In this document: positions 50,001 through 61,574 of the stretch, piece after piece | How positions within the stretch are numbered: the stretch's first letter is position 1 | Layout: every line of letters starts with the position of its first letter | Origin: Lepidodermella squamata | Taxonomy: Eukaryota; Animalia; Gastrotricha | DNA length: 64,000 nucleotides | Reading direction: 5' to 3' | NCBI GenBank assembly: GCA_047495785.1 | Contig: JBLDXI010000045.1 | Location: 310,001-374,000 of the forward strand | Position numbers and translations under genes: made by a program | Notes under the pieces: generated by a model | The model's input: the letters and a program-made list of their open reading frames with translations, nothing else | Databases searched by the model: none | What the model was told of the DNA's origin: nothing

Positions 50001-52628
50001 AGATACTTTAATCCGCAGCAATTTCTTTCTTTTCGCAGCAAATTTTTTCTTTCCGCAGCAATTTTTCTTTCTCGCAGTATCACTTTCTTTTCGCAGCAAA
50101 TCAACGTTTTTTCCGCAGTAAATGCTAATTGAATAACTAATTGAAATAATATAGCCACCGAACTATATTAAGGCTATTCAATATTTAAAATCACGCCAGG
50201 TGATTGTAGCGAGCACGCGCCCAAAATTTGACGCGACTTGAGCGAGTGGAACGACGGCTTAAGGTCGTTAACAAATTGTTTTTCACATGTTAAACATCGC
50301 GACTTGATTAACTGCCAAATTCAATTACTAAAATATATGAATTATTTATGCCGTCTCCATCAACAATTGTAAGCTCTTCCTACGGGAGGCAGCGAATGCT
50401 CGAGGGTCAAATGTATCTCACTACATGTACCCCGTACATGTATCCCGTATGTCTCCGTACATGTACGTGTATCCCGTGAAGAAATGCCCCAAAATCCTTT
50501 AAGAAATAGCCCCACAATGTATCTCGTTGGGCAAATCTTAATGCGGTACGAAATTTCATTTAATTCTATACCTAACCAGTTTAGTCGGTTATTCAACTGG
50601 TTAGGGTTAGGGTTAGGGTTAGGTCAGGGTTAGATGCTGGGTCTTAAAATCGGGGACTTTGAACGGATTGGTATATTATGGTATGAGGATATTTCAAGGC
50701 TCTAAGCCGTCCTAGATTCTCGTTTTCGTTCACTGATATTTATATTCCCCGTTCTTTTCCCATTTTAGCTACTAAAAATAAATTGCTGTGGAAAAACGTT
50801 CATTTGCTGCGAAAAGAAAGTGATACTGCGAGAAAAATAAATTGCTGCGGAAAGAAGTATCGTCCCAACTTTATAGTCATAATTTGGGAAATTTTTATTC
50901 GCAATTATGGAAATTCCCAAATTATGACAGTAAAATGCTGAGGAATTTGTTGTCTAAGCCCTCATCCTAAATCGCGATTGAGACATTTATTTCGAAATTT
51001 TGCAGAATTTTCTGAAATTTGGTTCCACCTAAATTACTCTGAATTTATAGTCTAGAAATTCTCTCGACTCGAGTACGCTGTAATAAGAAAACTTGTCCTA
51101 ATCTTTTTCAGTCCAATTACCCGATTGGCGATGTTGAAATTCCTCGAGTTGATCTCTCCGAACTTCCGAAATGCGACTGTGATATCAACCAAGCCAACCC
51201 GTGCGGATCTGATATCGAATGCGTCAACCGCATGACTTACATCGAATGCCATCCTCAGGTTTGCAACGCCGGCGACCAATGCTGCAACCAGCGATTCGTT
51301 AAACGTCTCTACGCCCCTGCTGAGCCCTTCCGAACGGCGTCTCGAGGCTGGGGTCTTCGGGCGTTGGCCCCGATTAAGCGCGGCCAGTTCGTCGTAGAAT
51401 ACGTCGGCGATTTGATCGACGAGCCGGAGCACATGCGACGCGTTGAGGAGGCGAAAAAGACGGGCGAGACAAATTTCTACTTCCTGATGTTGGACGGCCA
51501 TCGAATCATCGACGCCGGGCCTAAAGGCAATTTATCCCGCTTCATGAACCATTCGTGCCAGCCGTCTTGCGAGACGCAAAAATGGCAGGTCAACGGCGAT
51601 TTGCGGGTCGGCCTCTTCGCGTTACGGGACATTGCCGCAGGGGAAGAGTTGACTTTCAACTACAATTGCGATGAAAGCAACGGTGATGCTATGCTGCTAG
51701 ATAAACAGCCGTGCCGCTGCGGGGCCCCGGATTGTCGGGGTTTGATCGGGGCCGCGAAGCCATCTGAATCCAGAAACACTAAAGCGAAGGAGGGGAAGAC
51801 GAAGTTAGGCCGGCGACAGCGCCAATCGCAGCAATTGGCAGTTTTCCGTGACCAGCATGACGATGAGTGTTTCCACTGCGGGGAACCGGGTCGGTTGGTT
51901 CTATGCGACAAGCCACGCTGCCCGAAAGCGTACCATGTCGGCTGTTTGGGCCAGGAGAAACCGCCGAGTGGCCGGTTTGTCTGCCCGTGGCACTACTGCT
52001 CGGCTTGCTGGAAGCCTTCGGTCCAAATGTGCAATTTCTGTCCTCACTCTGTAAGTTTTATTCGCTACCTTTGGCTATCAATTATCCTATTGTAAAGGAT
52101 CGAAATATTTCACCACTAAAAATGAGGTTCCAGCACTAAAGTTAAGAGTCATGGCACATCATTTTTCCGATTCTTGATGATTTCGACTTTTTCGGAAAAA
52201 TCACTGATTTGTAAAATCGATACTTGGAATCGATATCGGCGCTGGAGTAATATTGAGATCTATTGGTTAGGCCTGATCTAACAAAATGAGATTTTTGTGA
52301 AGACTTGAAACTCGAGAAGCCATATTTTGGGGAAATATAATGCTAGAGTCTCAATATTAGCGTTGGAACCCTAAAATTAGGGTGTGCACTTGGCCCATCC
52401 TATGTTAAACACATTATTTCGTTGAAATTTTTGGATTTATTTTATTATAATTTATTCTCTTTTTAGTATTGCACTGAGCATGCGAAACCTGAGAAAATCG
52501 TTGAACGAATGTCGGCAAATGATGGCCCGATGTGGTGTTGCACCGGCCATGATCCTAAAGAGCTGAACGAAGCACTCGGCTTCTCAGCATCTGGCGCTCC
52601 GTTGACCGAAGAAAAAACGGCTGCTTGA
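47067..52628 (+). CDS. NSD: NSD-family H3K36 methyltransferase (NSD1/2/3, MES-4-like)
   Basis: Exons approx. 47067..48306, 48356..48618, 48674..49747, 51111..52050, 52467..52628. Domain order PWWP (YPWWP), HMG-like, PHD fingers, second PWWP (YRWWP), AWS, SET (RFMNHSC, ELTFNY), post-SET, PHD-C5HCH. Confidence 0.95.
50002..50861. mobile_element. Non-autonomous inverted-repeat element in an NSD intron
   Basis: 50002-~50123 and ~50780-50861 are inverted copies built from ~20-nt ttt(c)cgcagcaa subunits; tttctcgcagtatcactttcttttcgcagcaaat is shared exactly. Confidence 0.75.
50601..50633 (+). repeat. Short interstitial (TTAGGG)n tract
   Basis: ttagggttagggttagggttaggtcagggttag, directly after the hairpin cctaaccagtt...aactggttagg. 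Confidence 0.8.
52124..52372. mobile_element. Intronic MITE-like element, same family as 13377-13680
   Basis: Ends ggttccagcactaa...ttagcgttggaacc and shares a ~50-nt internal block with the 13377 element. Confidence 0.55.
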
Positions 52629-52917
52629 AGAAGAAAGAAATCTTTCAAATTTTGAACAACCAAAGGCTCATTCCATGCGAATCTCTCTTATTGCTCTGTG
52701 TTTCATCTTGTTTACACGAATTACCGGTGTTCAGTCGTGATTTCGATTTTGCCTGCCTGCCTGCCATTTGTAAAATGGATCGGTTTTTGTTTTAGCACTA
52801 ACGGTGACCAATCATTTATCTTTCATTTTTCGTCTTCTTTCGAGAATACACCACTAATTTTAGCTCTTTTTATTTACAGTTTTCGTTATTTTATTTTAGA
52901 AATATCTTGCTTAAAAA

Positions 52918-54509
52918 ATGTCATTTATTAGCACAACAAATCCAGTAAAGAGGATAGATTGCCGCACTGCGATGCTGGCGGCCTATGCCCCTGATGGTGG
53001 TCTACTTTTACCGGCGGAAATTCCCAAAATTGAGCGAGAGGAACTGAGAGAAATGGCTAAGCTTTCCTATACCGCGTTACTAGCTAATCTAATGTCGCGA
53101 TTTCTTGACCCAAAATTATTCGAAAAATCAGATTTGGAGAAAATTTTCGCCGATATTCCTCAAATGTTTGCCGTGAAAGACGAAATAATCCCTGTGAAGC
53201 ATATCGAAGCCAATGGCAGTGGACTGAAAATCGCTGTTGCTGAATTATATCACGGCCCTAGCCTTGCGTTTAAAGACCTAGCAACCATTCCAGCCTGTCG
53301 CGTGATGGACGCGGTTTTATCAAAAACTGAAGATGAAAACCTGCCAAAACGAGCGCTGGTTGTTGTGTCGACCTCGGGTGATACCGGCGCGAGTGTCTGT
53401 GGGGCTGTTAACGGCACTAAGCGGTTAGACGCTGTTATCCTATTGCCAGGGTCAGGGCGGGTAGCTCGAATCCAAGAGCGGCAAACAATCACTTGGCCCG
53501 GGGATAATGTCCACGTTTTCACCGGCGACGCTAGTAGTGATGACTTGGACATTCTGGCCGGTCGAATGCAGGACGGCTCGCCGTTGTGTGATCGAAATCT
53601 GCTGGAAGTTGCTAAGAAAAGCGGGTTCATTCTCACCAGTTTGAACTCATTGAATCCTATTCGAATCCTAGCGCAATTAGCGCCGTATTTCTACGTTTAT
53701 TTCAAAATGTGCCCCGAAGCTGATCGCAAAGTTTGTTTTGCCCTGCCGACTGGTGGCGGCGGTAACCTAGCCGCTGGTCTACTAGCTCGCCGAATGGGGC
53801 TGCCTATCGAATTTATTGTTGCGTTGAATGCGAATGCGTCTATTCCGAATCTGAGTGAATTTGTTGCGAAGTCTGGTAAAGATTTGTATGACGTACCAGC
53901 GGCGATTCGAACTCTAGCCCCAGCTATGGATATGGGTATTCCTTACAATTTGCCGAGAATCGCGCATCTTACCGCTGACCATTCCTTAGGTTCGATTTTC
54001 AATTCAATTTTAATTTAATTAATTTTTAATTTTTTCCAGTCAATTTGAGTGCTGACCCTTCGACTGGGCTTCAAAAGCTGAAAATAAACCCGGAAACCCT
54101 GGGAAAAGTTCAAAATTCTCTGTTCAGTGTCCAAGCTGCCTCTGACTCTGAAATTATTCAAACAATGCAAACTGTTGCTTCGAAAAATTCCGGCTATGTG
54201 ATTTGCCCTCATACCGCAACTGCTGTTTCGGCTTGTGCCAAAGTTTTCGGAGATGACAAATTATCCAAAGAATTTGCTGGAATCGTCGCAATTGCGACTG
54301 CTTCTCCGGATAAATTTATTGAAGCGTTGGATAAATCTGGATTGAATGATTCTTACAGCGGGGCTCGTGATTTGATTGCCAAACTTGATTCGATGCCTGT
54401 TCGAGCTCATTTTCTCGAAAAGGGCGCGCAGAATCAAGTGCCTTATGACAAATGGTTTGAGGCAATCAGTCAACACGTGACAGCGTCAATATTCACGAAA
54501 TCGTTGTAA
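52918..54509 (+). CDS. THNSL2: Threonine synthase-like 2 (PLP enzyme)
   Basis: Exons 52918..53989 and 54040..54509. Motifs YAPDGGL, ELYHGPSLAFKDL (PLP lysine), STSGDTG, LNSLN, PTGGGGN, TLAPAMD, ICPHTA, ATASPDKF. Confidence 0.88.
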
Positions 54510-54611
54510 ACAATACGGTGCTACTTAAATTCCAATCTACCTTCTAATCATCAATTATTTATTGATAATTTTATTTGATTAAATTGCGATTGAATCGATA
54601 GGATTTGAAAA

Positions 54612-55424
54612 ATGTTGAGTGTGTTGTTGCTCCCATCGTTATTTTTGGGATGCCTGGCTGCTACTGCAAATCGCGTTGATATCGAACACTCGATTGATGG
54701 CGAAAAATACTCGATTCGAGGCCATTTAGCCCTTCACTCTAACCTTCGAGAGTCCCCATCAAAAGGCCTTGTAGTCGTCGATGACTTCGACTCACTGCCT
54801 GAGGCTATCCAAAATTTCGAGGTAACTTCTATTTCGAATGATCGATCAATTTTTACGCGATTGAATTTTAGAGTGGCTCCGGTTACCGGGTTAGAATTCC
54901 GGTTATTCGAGTCGCATCTGGGGAGCTGCAATCTGGCGGCAATTTGCAGGGTCATATCGATGCATTCCTGCCAATGTCTTACCTAAAAGCCGCCTGCTTC
55001 GCGCATGAACTTCATTTATATATCGACCAGCTCGGAACAGCCTACGGTCTTTCAATTCTGCCACTGACATGTGCCAACAGTACTCTATCGACAAATCTTA
55101 AGGTGTTTCAAACAGAATCTGCTACTGGGTATATTATTTTGAGAATTCTTTCTCATTCAATTATTTTTTGATTTTTTCAGACCGGATACTAAAGCTTTTA
55201 TTCAGAAAATTGAAGAAGAAAGAGCTCGCAAAGCGAGGCAACCTGTTGATAACAGATCTTTCCTCCAAAAATATGTGAGTTCAAATAATGATTCATTTAA
55301 TTAAAATTTGTCTTAATTTTTCTAATTTTTTCAGTGGGTGTATATTGTGGTCGGTTTATTTGCGTTCACGTTGCTCAACGGTGCCAGTCAACAGGGCGGT
55401 GGGGGCGAAGGCCAAGCTCAATAG
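54612..55424 (+). CDS. EMC10: ER membrane protein complex subunit 10
   Basis: Signal peptide and EHS motif. The spliced C-terminus PDTKAFIQKIEEERARK...RSFLQKYWVYIV matches the EMC10 hallmark, followed by a Gly-rich tail with stop at 55424. Three short introns. Confidence 0.9.
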
Positions 55425-55929
55425 GTCGGCTTATACACGTGAAGCATGTGGTGTCTGTTCTAGTTCAAATCAAGTGTCCCTGTTTGTATCGAATAATCGT
55501 ATTATTATTGTTATTATTTCGTTAAAATACTGAAATAATTTGAAATGTTCGGCGAAATAAAGAGGAAATAAAGTACTTCAAATTGTGGAAAATTGGCGAT
55601 GTTTTACGGGGATGGTGTGGGGGTGACGACATAATTGATGTCTCGAAACTGGGGGTTTTCAGCTCGAATAATGCGTGGAGATTTTTTGCCTCCGCGGTCA
55701 CCTTTATTATTAATAGCTACAATGATTAATGCGTCATGCGACTACTGATTTCGAGTTTATTTTTGCAATTAACAGAATATTGTTTGTTCCCGAGATTATA
55801 AAGGAGGCTTCCGGCGGGTAGCTGGCAGGAAATATGATTTGATTATAAAAAAGGCGAGACAAAAAAATTGCTTCAATTATTTTCATTCCTTCAATTCGTA
55901 CAACATACCTATTCTTGAGAAATCTCAAA

Positions 55930-56269
55930 ATGCAGGCTGTTCTAACTTTCGCAATCTTGGCACTGGTGTTAGGAACGATTGATGCGGCTGAGAATAACGA
56001 CAAAAGCGCTATGGAATACCTCAGTGCGTTAATTTTTAACGTAATTAACGCGATAATTTAACGTTTTTATAGGTCGATTGATCGATGAGCTAATCGAAAA
56101 GGATGACCTGGAGACATTGGAACGCATCGAAGTCACAATTCAGCGCGAATTGGACAGTCGGCGAATGGAGCGATGCGTGTCTCATATTGGCTCGCAAACA
56201 GCGTGTGAAAATATGATGGCTATTAAAATTCTCTCGCAGATCAACAAAGAAGACAATCATAGCAATTAA
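55930..56269 (+). CDS. Putative prepro-neuropeptide, 96 aa
   Basis: Exons 55930..56023 and 56073..56269 (phase 1). Signal peptide MQAVLTFAILALVLGTIDA, an acidic pro-region, an RR site, then MERCVSHIGSQTACENMMAIKILSQINKEDNHSN*. Confidence 0.7.
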
Positions 56270-56329
56270 AATTTATTTGATTTACTTCAGTAGCGATGAG
56301 ATGGCGAGAGAATAAAATTCCTGCGTTAT

Positions 56330-57471
56330 TTATACTTCTTCCTCTTCGATTGTAGACAGTTCGATCATAGCATCTTCTCGTTTCGGTTTGTTACAGAATT
56401 TAGCCATCGGATAGCACAAGCACAAGCAAAATAAAACAACGTAAATAGAAACCATGGTGACTAAAAATGCATCGAAAATCGTGCAACATGTCCAGTCGAA
56501 AATAGTCGCAGGGTTAAACGAAGATGAGCCCAACGACTTGGCGTGACGCTTCATAATTGAAGCGATTTTCCGCTTCGATGGACATCTCGAAGAATCGGCC
56601 GACACATCGTTGAGGCAGAAATAGGTTGAAGTGCTTGCTACAACAGACTTGAAGAACAAGTTTTTAGGGCACCGATTCTCGAGATTTTCTTCATCAATCG
56701 ATGATTCAGACAGGGTGGTTGAAAAGTCCCGTGCGAACCAGCTGATGCGAAGTGAATAGCCTCGGAGGCATGATTTAGCCTCGCTGCTTTTCGCGAGAAT
56801 TTCAAAACCGCTGTAATCGCGCCAACTCGGAAAAATTGACAAGACGCAAGGCTTCGTAGCGTTCCATTTCGATGGCAATTGGCACGCTGCTTCAGAATCA
56901 AAAAGTAAAGTACCTATATCACGATGCCGATTGAGGTGAATTTCTTTGCCTGACAATTGCCTCGTTATTTCGCTGAGGGAAAGACCGAAAATGATCAAAC
57001 GTTGATCGTCAGCCAGCGGGAATAAATAAATATTGCCGAGTGAAGTATGATCATCAATTGACGATGAGCTATCCGATGAAAACAGAGCCCTGCTGTCGAT
57101 TATCGTCGAGCACCATTGCCCAGGTGGGGTCTTGGGTGATTCCAAATTCGAAAGACCACATCCGAAAAAAGCTGTCTCAATCGAATTATCGGAGCTGAAC
57201 GAACTCCCACGCTTGAATAAAAATTCCTCATCAAGATCGGCGTTTGTAAAATCGACTAGGCTAGTTTTGATGAAGGGTATGTTCGGAAATCCACCCGGCG
57301 CCATTAGAGCGTTTGCCTCATATCAAGGCTTTGCTGGATAGTTGCCTCGTAATTAACGCCATTTTCGAAGTTCGGCAGAATCCTTGGCTTGACGTATGGA
57401 ATTTGGCAACAAGCCAAGTTTGAGAAAACAATGATTATTGCCCATAAGAAAAGTTCGAAATTAGGTAGCAT
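56330..57471 (-). CDS. Orphan type I membrane protein (5' junction needs a GC-AG intron or a frameshift)
   Basis: Signal-peptide ORF 57471..57304 (MLPNFELFLWAIIIVFSNLACC...) overlaps the 324-aa ORF at TAATG. A 56-nt GC-AG intron 57316..57261 would fuse them in frame. The C-terminus has a TM helix and a Cys cluster. Confidence 0.6.
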
Positions 57472-57872
57472 GGCTGATTTCAGCCAGAATGATTTTGGGA
57501 AATAGCTAGCGTCTATTTACGTCTCGGTTTTTCACACCTTGATAAATATTTGATCAATAAGGCAACTACGTTTTTCGAGCCTTGTCTTTTATTTTTATGA
57601 ATTTTCTTTGCGCTCTGATCTATCAATCATTCCTCTGTCATTGTCAGTGTTATTAAATAATAAAACAGGTGTATAAAAATTCTGCCGGAAATCTCGCGTT
57701 ATTTTTGTTGCGCCCGTGGTGGAAAAACAATCTTTGGTATAATTTGCTAATTTGGCATATATATCGAACCATCTTTTGAAATCATTAGATTTTACAGTAA
57801 TATAGGCAGAGATATTATAATACAGTTTTGTCTAAAAGGTATACATTTCACCGATTCAACGATGCTGATTTT

Positions 57873-58940
57873 TTACGCGACAGTCGGGCTGGCATTTACA
57901 GCTACGACATCGCCGTTTTGCGGCGCTAATTCGCTCAATTTCATCGCAGCATCGGGCGTTGTCGCGATAGCTGTCACAAAGTCCTCCTCGGCCAGGCCGT
58001 CCTCATCGCATAAGCTTTTAACGCCCCTGGTGTTGCGAAAATTGGCCTGTCGAGCTGCCTGCCGGCCATTACTCTTCGCGGTGAGGTGGTTCCTGAGTTC
58101 AGGTAGGGTCATCCCAACCGGGAGTGGGTAAGCCGCGGCTGAAAACGCCCGTTGCTGCCGGCCGTTGTGCTCAGGCCACGGCGAGCTGAAGCCGTTCCAC
58201 ATGGCTGATTTCGCCTCGGTTGTAATGTTAATGCCGGCTTCATCCGACGCAGCTTTCTCGTTTTCATCCTCGATAGACGTTAGCAGAGGCCGATGCGGCA
58301 AGGCGTTGCCGTTCACCGAGCCGTTCATTTCGACGCAGTACGACCGGCGATACGTCGAGTCCGAGTGCATGAAGCTGGGCGCTGATTTGCGGCCGCTACT
58401 CGTGTAAGATGTGCTGTAGCGTGATTGAATCACAGACTGCTGGCGCGATCGCTTGTTGATGCCCAAAAGTTGGAATAACGACTTTCTGATGTCTCGAAGA
58501 CGGAGGCAATAAATCACCTAATTAGGACACGAATGAGACGCGCCACATATTTCAAGTTCAAAAAATTACCGGGTCGACAACTGAGTTCAAATGTAAAACT
58601 AGAGTAGCAACGAGAAGGTAGCGACAGAAGAATAAATGCGCTGCAGATAGTGTGTCGTCGTCTGTGAGCAAATATCCAACCTAGAAATTCGGAAAAAAAA
58701 TTAGTATTTATTTTATTTCGATTATTTTTAACCAACCAGTGGCGCCCAGCAGATCAAGCACCAGAAAACAAGCAGTCCAGTGGTGAGGAAGCCGCGTAGT
58801 TGGTTTCGAACTTCGACAACCCGCCGGTCGTCGGTCATGACGGCAAGTCGGCGCCGGTGAACGTGCGACTGGGCGCAGGCGAAAATGTAGGAAGACAGCA
58901 CGGCGACAAGTAATATCAGCATCCCCACGCAAACAGCCAT
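57873..58940 (-). CDS. Second melanocortin-like GPCR, TM5-TM7 and tail only (5' exons not in window or lost)
   Basis: Exons 58940..58737, 58680..58570, 58517..57873 give ...LRGFLTTGLLVFWCLICWAPL|VGYLL...HLNSVVDP|VIYCLRLRDIRKS. It shares the DP|VIY intron position with the 19549-28515 gene. Confidence 0.85.
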
Positions 58941-58966
58941 CTTACAATTTGAACATATAATATCTC

Positions 58967-59210
58967 GCGGTTGAAGCAGGAGCAGAGCCTGGAGATCAGG
59001 CGGAAGATGAAGGAAGCTCAGGCGCAACGGGCCAGGGCGATGAGCCGGCGGCGCAATTCAGGCGTGCCGGCTTCCTCGGTGCCGGAGGAATTTGCGCTGA
59101 ATTACAAACATGCGCGCGCTGGCCGGGCCGTGTTCGATGTGACTGGCGAGCGGACAACTGGAACACGCGTGCATATGATGCGCCTAGTCAGCATGAACAA
59201 AAAAATATGA
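58967..59210 (+). pseudogene. Orphaned 3' end of the 12451-16284 gene
   Basis: Identical peptide; I see only two changes, both synonymous. No upstream exons or promoter are present. Confidence 0.8.
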
Positions 59211-59936
59211 AGATCAAAAAATCTGATAAAATACTACAATTCACTATGTATTATTTTCGAATCAAGCGGCAATAAAATTTTCTAATTTTTTAAGTTTTTC
59301 AAGTGACTTTTTTTGTGATTGAGATGTCAAAACCAGACGGCTCCTGCAGGTCCAAATGCTGGTTTCTAGACCGGACGCATAGTTTAGGCACTGATGTCTC
59401 AATAATTCGGTTTACAGTATTTCTCATTATAAATGTACGTGATTTTTGGTACTCGAAACATTAATATATTAATCATAAAAACGTACATAAAATCAATTAC
59501 TAAATGATTAGGTACCGTGCGCTGTCCTTCAAGTTTTGAAGGCTATTCTTGGAAAAAATTAAATGTTCAATTAGGCGAGATTGCTTCATAATTAGCCTTT
59601 TAACAATTTTATTAAGACAGGTAGAACCCAGCAACATCTATTTCCGGCCTGCCTTATAAGTCGGTATTTACGGGCTTATTTTGTCTAATATTCAGAATTT
59701 AGACGCTAATATAACACTAGTCCTATAATTCAGGAAATATGTAACTGCGTAATAAAATAAACTGCGAGCCTCACATGACGGACCAGGTGTTTCATAAATT
59801 ACCCCAGCCAATTACCCAGACAACAATGATTAAAATGACTAAAATGTGCTGGCTGTAATGCACCTGGGCGAAGAAATGCTGTCGTCGAAATATTTTTGTC
59901 ACGGACAGAGAGGGTATAAAGCCTATACTTACCGTA

Positions 59937-60377
59937 CCGTAAACTACAGTATAAAGGCCGCGGCGACTAATTTTCCTGATTTTTGAAAAAGAGGCAAAAA
60001 GTGCGGCGATTATTTGAGTGCGGCGATTATTCGAGTGCGGTCTTTATTTCCCTCAATTTTTCAAAACTTGAGTTGTAGCAGGCGTAACAGGTGTAACAAG
60101 GGGCTTGCACCGCCATTTCACGCGCGGCTCTTCGGATAATCCGCCTCCTCGACGTCACCTTGTGAGTAGGGAGTAGGTCGGCGTAGCGGTAGGAGTCGCA
60201 GTGGGGGTGCCATCTTCTGGCGATTCGCCTGGCTGGCTGTTGATCGCGTGCTTAGGTGCGGCGATTATTCGCGCGCGGCCTTTATTTATGCTGAATTGAT
60301 GAAAATAGGGCTATTTTGCGGCGATTATTCGGGTGCGGTCTTTATTCAGGATGCGGCCTTTATACTGTAGTTTACGG
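59937..60377. mobile_element. Tc2/pogo-like MITE, 441 bp, TA target duplication
   Basis: Perfect 25-bp TIR CCGTAAACTACAGTATAAAGGCCGC, with TA on both sides and repeated internal gcggcgattatt motifs. The empty site is in copy A near 16990. Confidence 0.93.
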
Positions 60378-61324
60378 TATTTGTTCCTATAACAGCCCGC
60401 GCTACTAAAATGTCAGCCTCAAAATTTTGAAAAATTCAAGACACTATTTTTTGGGAAGCCTTCATTTTTGACGTTTCCGAACGGATCCCTCAGCCCTATG
60501 GGCTTCTTATTGGAAAAAATACTCTGGAACCTGAAAGACCGTCGTGCGCGCGATATGATCTCTATATAATAGGTGAGTTCTCACTCCATGTTTCCATAAT
60601 CCTCCAAGGCTTACCTATTGCTGAAATTTTAAAGTGGATTGCGATTATCGATTATCGAAAGGGAAGTTGAAAAATCTATCACCTAATCAGATGCTAAAAT
60701 GCCGGTGTAAAATAATCTTGCAAAATATCGAAAATTAGCGAACTATAATTTACCAACGAATTTTGTCGGGTTTTCTTCGGTGAAATCGCGGATAAACTAT
60801 GGGAAAAGCTTCGATTCGGGGAAACACTTGAATTTTGAGCTAAAAAATCAGTGGCGCAACTTATGGTATTAGACACTATACGAGCAGCGCAAGTCATATT
60901 CGTGGAAACTAGACAAGCTACAAAAACGAAGTTATGTTGATCGCTCTATCATTTAGATCCAAGGCCGCCAAATTTTCTAATTTTTCTACTTTTTTGAGTG
61001 ATTCTTGATTGGTTTTTTTATGTGATGGAGTCGTCTATGTGATTAAACCGAACGCATATAGTTCAGGAACTGTCTCAATGGTTTACAGCATATTTCATTA
61101 TAAATGTACGTGATTTTTGGTACTCGAAATGGCTTGTGACGTATACTCATATATACGTCACATGGCTTTTGAGTTTGTCATTGAGGTTGAGGTTGTATTG
61201 GGCAATCTTCCAAAAACATATTATCCCAAGTGTGATCACAGCTATAAATACTTGTTTCACCACAGAGTGTAGAGTGCATCAGCTTTATTCACAAAACATT
61301 CGTAAAGCTTTAAAACTTGCTAAA

Positions 61325-61574
61325 ATGTCTCTTGGAGCATCGAAGGTTTTCATGGCGGCCGTTCTTCTGGCGTTCATTTTGATCGCTTTCATGGCAGAGC
61401 CCGCAGCCGCGTGTCAAAAACTGTTCTGGCATTGCGGGAAAGATTACGCTCCATGCTGCGGCAGCATGTACATTTTTTGTTTACCTCGACTGTGTCCCAT
61501 CTACAATTTGCTCTTTTTTCTTTAATAGGCAGTGTAAGTGTGTTGGCGATTTGTGTACCTGCGAATTGATTTGA
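61325..61574 (+). CDS. Second copy of the 8-Cys knottin (identical protein)
   Basis: Exons 61325..61467 and 61529..61574. One synonymous change (GCC>GCT). The donor is gtacat instead of gtaagt, and the TATA box is retained. Confidence 0.88.

Noticed and set aside
45679-54509. Bacterial origin (fabF, thrC) by contamination or recent HGT
   Set aside because: Both genes have spliceosomal introns, flank NSD and match the normal animal OXSM and THNSL2 families.
59960-60350. CRISPR-like spaced repeats (gcggcgattatt)
   Set aside because: Irregular spacing, eukaryotic context and location inside a TIR element; these are MITE subterminal repeats.
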